Of a stretch of DNA of 35,677 nt, positions 33,312 through 35,677 are shown in pieces. This stretch comes from Thermoplasmata archaeon (GTDB taxonomy: Archaea > Thermoplasmatota > JAKEGO01). The DNA is taken from assembly GCA_022615805.1 (NCBI GenBank), contig JAKEGO010000020.1, positions 1 to 35,677 of the forward strand, in the 5' to 3' direction. Below the pieces are notes generated by a model. The model had not been told where the DNA came from. It made no database searches and worked only from the letters and a program-made list of their open reading frames with translations. Positions within the stretch are counted from its first letter, which is position 1. Each line of letters starts with the position of its first letter. The translations under genes and the position numbers were made by a program.

Positions 33312-34373
33312 TCATTTCACCGCCTTCCATATGATGTCCTCGATGCTCCTGACCTGGAGAACCCGCTCGCCCTTCGCCGCCGCGGCGTTCGCCGCCTTCC
33401 TCAGGACGGTCTCGCACGTGGGGCAGGCCGTCACGATGGTGTCGGCGCCCGTGTCGAGCGCCTCGCGGACCCTCGCCATGGCGATGTCGTCCGACAGCGC
33501 GGCGTCGGACATGAGGATGCCGCCGCCGCCCCCGCAGCACATGGACCCCTTGCCGTGGTGGGTCATCTCGACCACCTCGCAGCCGAGCCGCCGGAGTATC
33601 TGCCGGGGCTCGTCGATGATGCCGAGGGTGCGGGAGAAGTCGCAGGGGTCGTGGTAGGTCACCTTGAGCCCCAGATCGGCCTCGGGGAGGCGCCCGAGGA
33701 TGGCCTGGAGGACGTGCCTCGCCTCGACCCCGTGGCCCTCGCGGAGGAAGACCGTGCAGGTCGGGCAGAGCGCTATCGCCTCGCCGCCGGCGCCGAAGGC
33801 CTCGCGGAACCGTTCCTTGTGCCCCTCGAAGTCGTCGACGAAGCCCATGACCTCCATCGGGAAGCCGCAGCAGACCTCGTCCACGACCTTCGGCTGGATG
33901 CCGAGGGCCTCCAGGATGCGGACGAACTTCTTCACGTTGTTGGGGCGCGACATGTACTGGCACCCGAGGAAGAGGGGGACCTCGCCGTCGCGGACGGGCG
34001 CCCTGACGTCCGCGTCGCCGTATATGTTCCCCGTGGCCTTCACGTTCTCGATGACGCGCCGGTGGACGTCGCTCGCGAAGCCCGCCCGGACGAGGTCGGC
34101 CCTCGCCGCGGCAACGATGCCCATTATCTCGACGTTCGCGGGGCACTTGGACATGCAGTCCCTGCAGGTCGTGCACTGGAAGAGCTTCATGGCCACCGCC
34201 GCGGAGGGCTCGATCTCGCCCTTGAGCAGGCCGTACGAGAGGATCACCTTTCCGCGGGGCCCGTCGGTGTCCCACCCTGTCCTGAGCCGAACGGGACACT
34301 CCTCGAGGCAGTAGGCGCAGCGGATGCAGACGTACATCTCGTTCTCGATCCTCGACAGCTCCCGGGCCTCCAT
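33312..34373 (-). CDS. HdrD/GlcF-like Fe-S protein (2x[4Fe-4S] ferredoxin domain plus two CCG domains)
   Basis: 353 aa with CIRCAYCLEECP and CTTCRDCMSKCP. CCG domain 1 is FLGCQY...VCCGFPM...LCPTCTVFL. CCG domain 2 is YHDPCDF...MCCGGGGG...TACPTCETVL. The ATG lies 1 nt after the upstream stop. Confidence 0.85.
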   Translation of the reverse strand: MEARELSRIENEMYVCIRCAYCLEECPVRLRTGWDTDGPRGKVILSYGLLKGEIEPSAAVAMKLFQCTTCRDCMSKCPANVEIMGIVAAARADLVRAGFASDVHRRVIENVKATGNIYGDADVRAPVRDGEVPLFLGCQYMSRPNNVKKFVRILEALGIQPKVVDEVCCGFPMEVMGFVDDFEGHKERFREAFGAGGEAIALCPTCTVFLREGHGVEARHVLQAILGRLPEADLGLKVTYHDPCDFSRTLGIIDEPRQILRRLGCEVVEMTHHGKGSMCCGGGGGILMSDAALSDDIAMARVREALDTGADTIVTACPTCETVLRKAANAAAAKGERVLQVRSIEDIIWKAVK

Positions 34374-34374
34374 G

Positions 34375-35677
34375 TCACCGGCCCCCTATGGTGTAACGGA
34401 GGGGCGTCGCCGTCCTCCAGTCGTCCGGGGCGTCCTGGAGCTTGTGCGGGTTGAGGATCCCCTTCGGGTCGAGCGCGGCCTTTATCGACCGGAACAGCTC
34501 GAGCTGGGCCGCCTTCTCGGCCTTCCACATGGGGGCCTTCGAGAGCCCGATGCCGTGCTCGCCGGAGGTGGTCCCGCCGACCTCGCGGACGTGGGCGTAG
34601 AGCTCTTCCATCGCCCGCGCGGCCGCGGCCCACTGCGCCTCGCTGGCGGTCTCCATCAGGATCTTCGTGTGGATGAGCCCCGCGCCGCAGTGGCCGTAGG
34701 CGCTCATCACGATGCCGTGCCTGTCGGCGACCTCGTGGACCTTCCTCACGGTCTCGGCTATCCTCGAGACGGGGACGGCCAGGTCGTCGGCGAGCGACGT
34801 CGATACGATCCCTTCCCGGTACCGGGAGAGGGAGGGGAAGAGCTTCTGGCGGCCAGCGTAGATGCGGGCCATCTCCTTCGGGTCCGTGCTCACCTCGATC
34901 CCGTGGCCGCCGTTCGCCTCGAAGACCCGGGACACCTCGCCGATCTCCCTTTCGACCTCCTCGCGGGTCATGCCGTTGCACTCGAACATGATGATGGCCG
35001 CCGCTTCGCGCAGACCGAGGCCGAGGGAGGTGTTGACGGCGCGTATCGCGATGTCGTCCATCAGTTCCATCATCGACGGCCTGAGGCCGGTGGTCACGAC
35101 CGCCGTGATGGCCGAGCCGGCCTCCTCGAGGGTGTCGAAGTGCGCTATGCCCATGGCGCGGTCCTTCGGGAGCGGCGCTAGGAGCAGTGTGGCCTCGGTC
35201 ACCACGGCCAGGGTGCCCTCCGATCCAACGATGAGCCGGTGGACCTGGTAGCCGGACGACTCGACGCGGGTCCTGCCCCCGAGGTCGACCGCCTCGCCGC
35301 TCGCGAAAACGACCTTCATGCCCAGCACGGCATCGCGGGTGGCGCCGTACTTGACGGCACGGTTCCCCGACGCGTTCGTGCCTATCATTCCGCCGATCGT
35401 GCAGATGTTACCGGAGCTCGGCGTGGGCGGGAAGAAGAGCCCGTGGGGCTTCAGCTGCCTGTTGAGCTCGTCGTTGACGTCCCCCGCCTCGACCCTGCAG
35501 AGCATGTCGCCCGGGCTGATCTCCAGGACGCGGGACATGCGCTTCATGTCGAGGACGATGCCGCCGTCCACGGGGACCGCCTGGCCGGACATGGCGGAGC
35601 CCGCTCCGCGCGGAATGACCGGGACGCCGTTCCCGTTCGCGTACCTCAGTATCCCCTGCACCTCCTCCGTGCTCCCG
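34375..35677 (-). CDS. FAD-linked oxidase, GlcD / D-lactate dehydrogenase family. The N-terminus lies beyond the window end
   Basis: The frame stays open to 35677 (..GSTEEVQGILRYANGNGVPVIPRGAGSAMSGQ...). It has the FAD-binding PCMH-type segment GGMIGTNASGNRAVKYG and the C-terminal GGTTSGEHGIGLSK...DPKGILNPHK. The track start at 35661 is an internal GTG. Confidence 0.9.
   Translation of the reverse strand, partial: GSTEEVQGILRYANGNGVPVIPRGAGSAMSGQAVPVDGGIVLDMKRMSRVLEISPGDMLCRVEAGDVNDELNRQLKPHGLFFPPTPSSGNICTIGGMIGTNASGNRAVKYGATRDAVLGMKVVFASGEAVDLGGRTRVESSGYQVHRLIVGSEGTLAVVTEATLLLAPLPKDRAMGIAHFDTLEEAGSAITAVVTTGLRPSMMELMDDIAIRAVNTSLGLGLREAAAIIMFECNGMTREEVEREIGEVSRVFEANGGHGIEVSTDPKEMARIYAGRQKLFPSLSRYREGIVSTSLADDLAVPVSRIAETVRKVHEVADRHGIVMSAYGHCGAGLIHTKILMETASEAQWAAAARAMEELYAHVREVGGTTSGEHGIGLSKAPMWKAEKAAQLELFRSIKAALDPKGILNPHKLQDAPDDWRTATPLRYTIGGR

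Noticed and set aside
23864-35677. Calling the cluster a classical sulfur-oxidising sHdr system
   Set aside because: The lipoate ligase and GcvH-like genes are reminiscent of sHdr. However, no dsrE, tusA, rhodanese or sulfur-carrier genes are visible. The HdrA proteins are giant two-module forms, and MvhD and a GlcD-like dehydrogenase are present. The resemblance is kept only as a hypothesis about a lipoyl-protein substrate.
1-35677. Search for CRISPR arrays, tRNA/rRNA genes, IS elements, integrases, toxin-antitoxin or defence genes, and in-frame TGA (selenocysteine) in Hdr proteins
   Set aside because: I saw no spaced direct-repeat arrays, no cloverleaf-capable conserved tRNA boxes in the short intergenic regions, and no transposase- or integrase-like translations. 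All Hdr and MvhD frames are uninterrupted, so no recoding needs to be invoked.

Overview
GC-rich (by eye about two-thirds G+C, not computed) prokaryotic chromosomal window. It is probably archaeal: AT-rich TATA-like boxes sit 25-45 nt upstream of several start codons, and the 2-oxoacid:ferredoxin oxidoreductase is the four-subunit type. There are no rRNA, tRNA, CRISPR or mobile elements. I support 31 CDSs. Positions 35677 down to 8374 form an unbroken minus-strand block dominated by flavin-based electron-bifurcation hardware, in three units. (B) 35677-23864: FAD D-2-hydroxyacid dehydrogenase (GlcD/D-LDH-like), HdrD/GlcF-like CCG protein, lipoate-protein-ligase-like gene, HdrC, HdrB, giant HdrA, an MvhD carrying an extra C-terminal winged-helix-like domain, and a second giant HdrA. 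(A) 23562-10184: HdrC, HdrB, SdhB-like, SdhA/FrdA-like flavoprotein, four-subunit 2-oxoacid:ferredoxin oxidoreductase (delta-alpha-beta-gamma), a third giant HdrA, MvhD, and FlxC/FlxB/FlxA-like NAD(P)H module. (C) 10081-8374: LarA-like lactate racemase and OsmC. Genes inside A and B are joined by ATGA-type start/stop overlaps. The only sizeable AT-rich intergenic island (23563-23863) separates A from B. The left part holds TCA-cycle genes (aconitase, which is missing from the ORF track because it runs off the edge, and sucCD). It also holds an internally duplicated four-RAM-domain protein, a macro-domain protein, an orphan GcvH-like lipoyl carrier, a GT4 glycosyltransferase and a small zinc-ribbon protein. 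The most interesting candidate system is an Hdr/Flx bifurcating machine wired operonically to a fumarate-reductase-like enzyme and a 2-oxoacid:ferredoxin oxidoreductase. Beside it sits a second Hdr module associated with a lipoate ligase and a lactate dehydrogenase. All functional couplings are inference from gene content and order. Most long ORFs in the six-frame track are antisense or out-of-frame GC artefacts.
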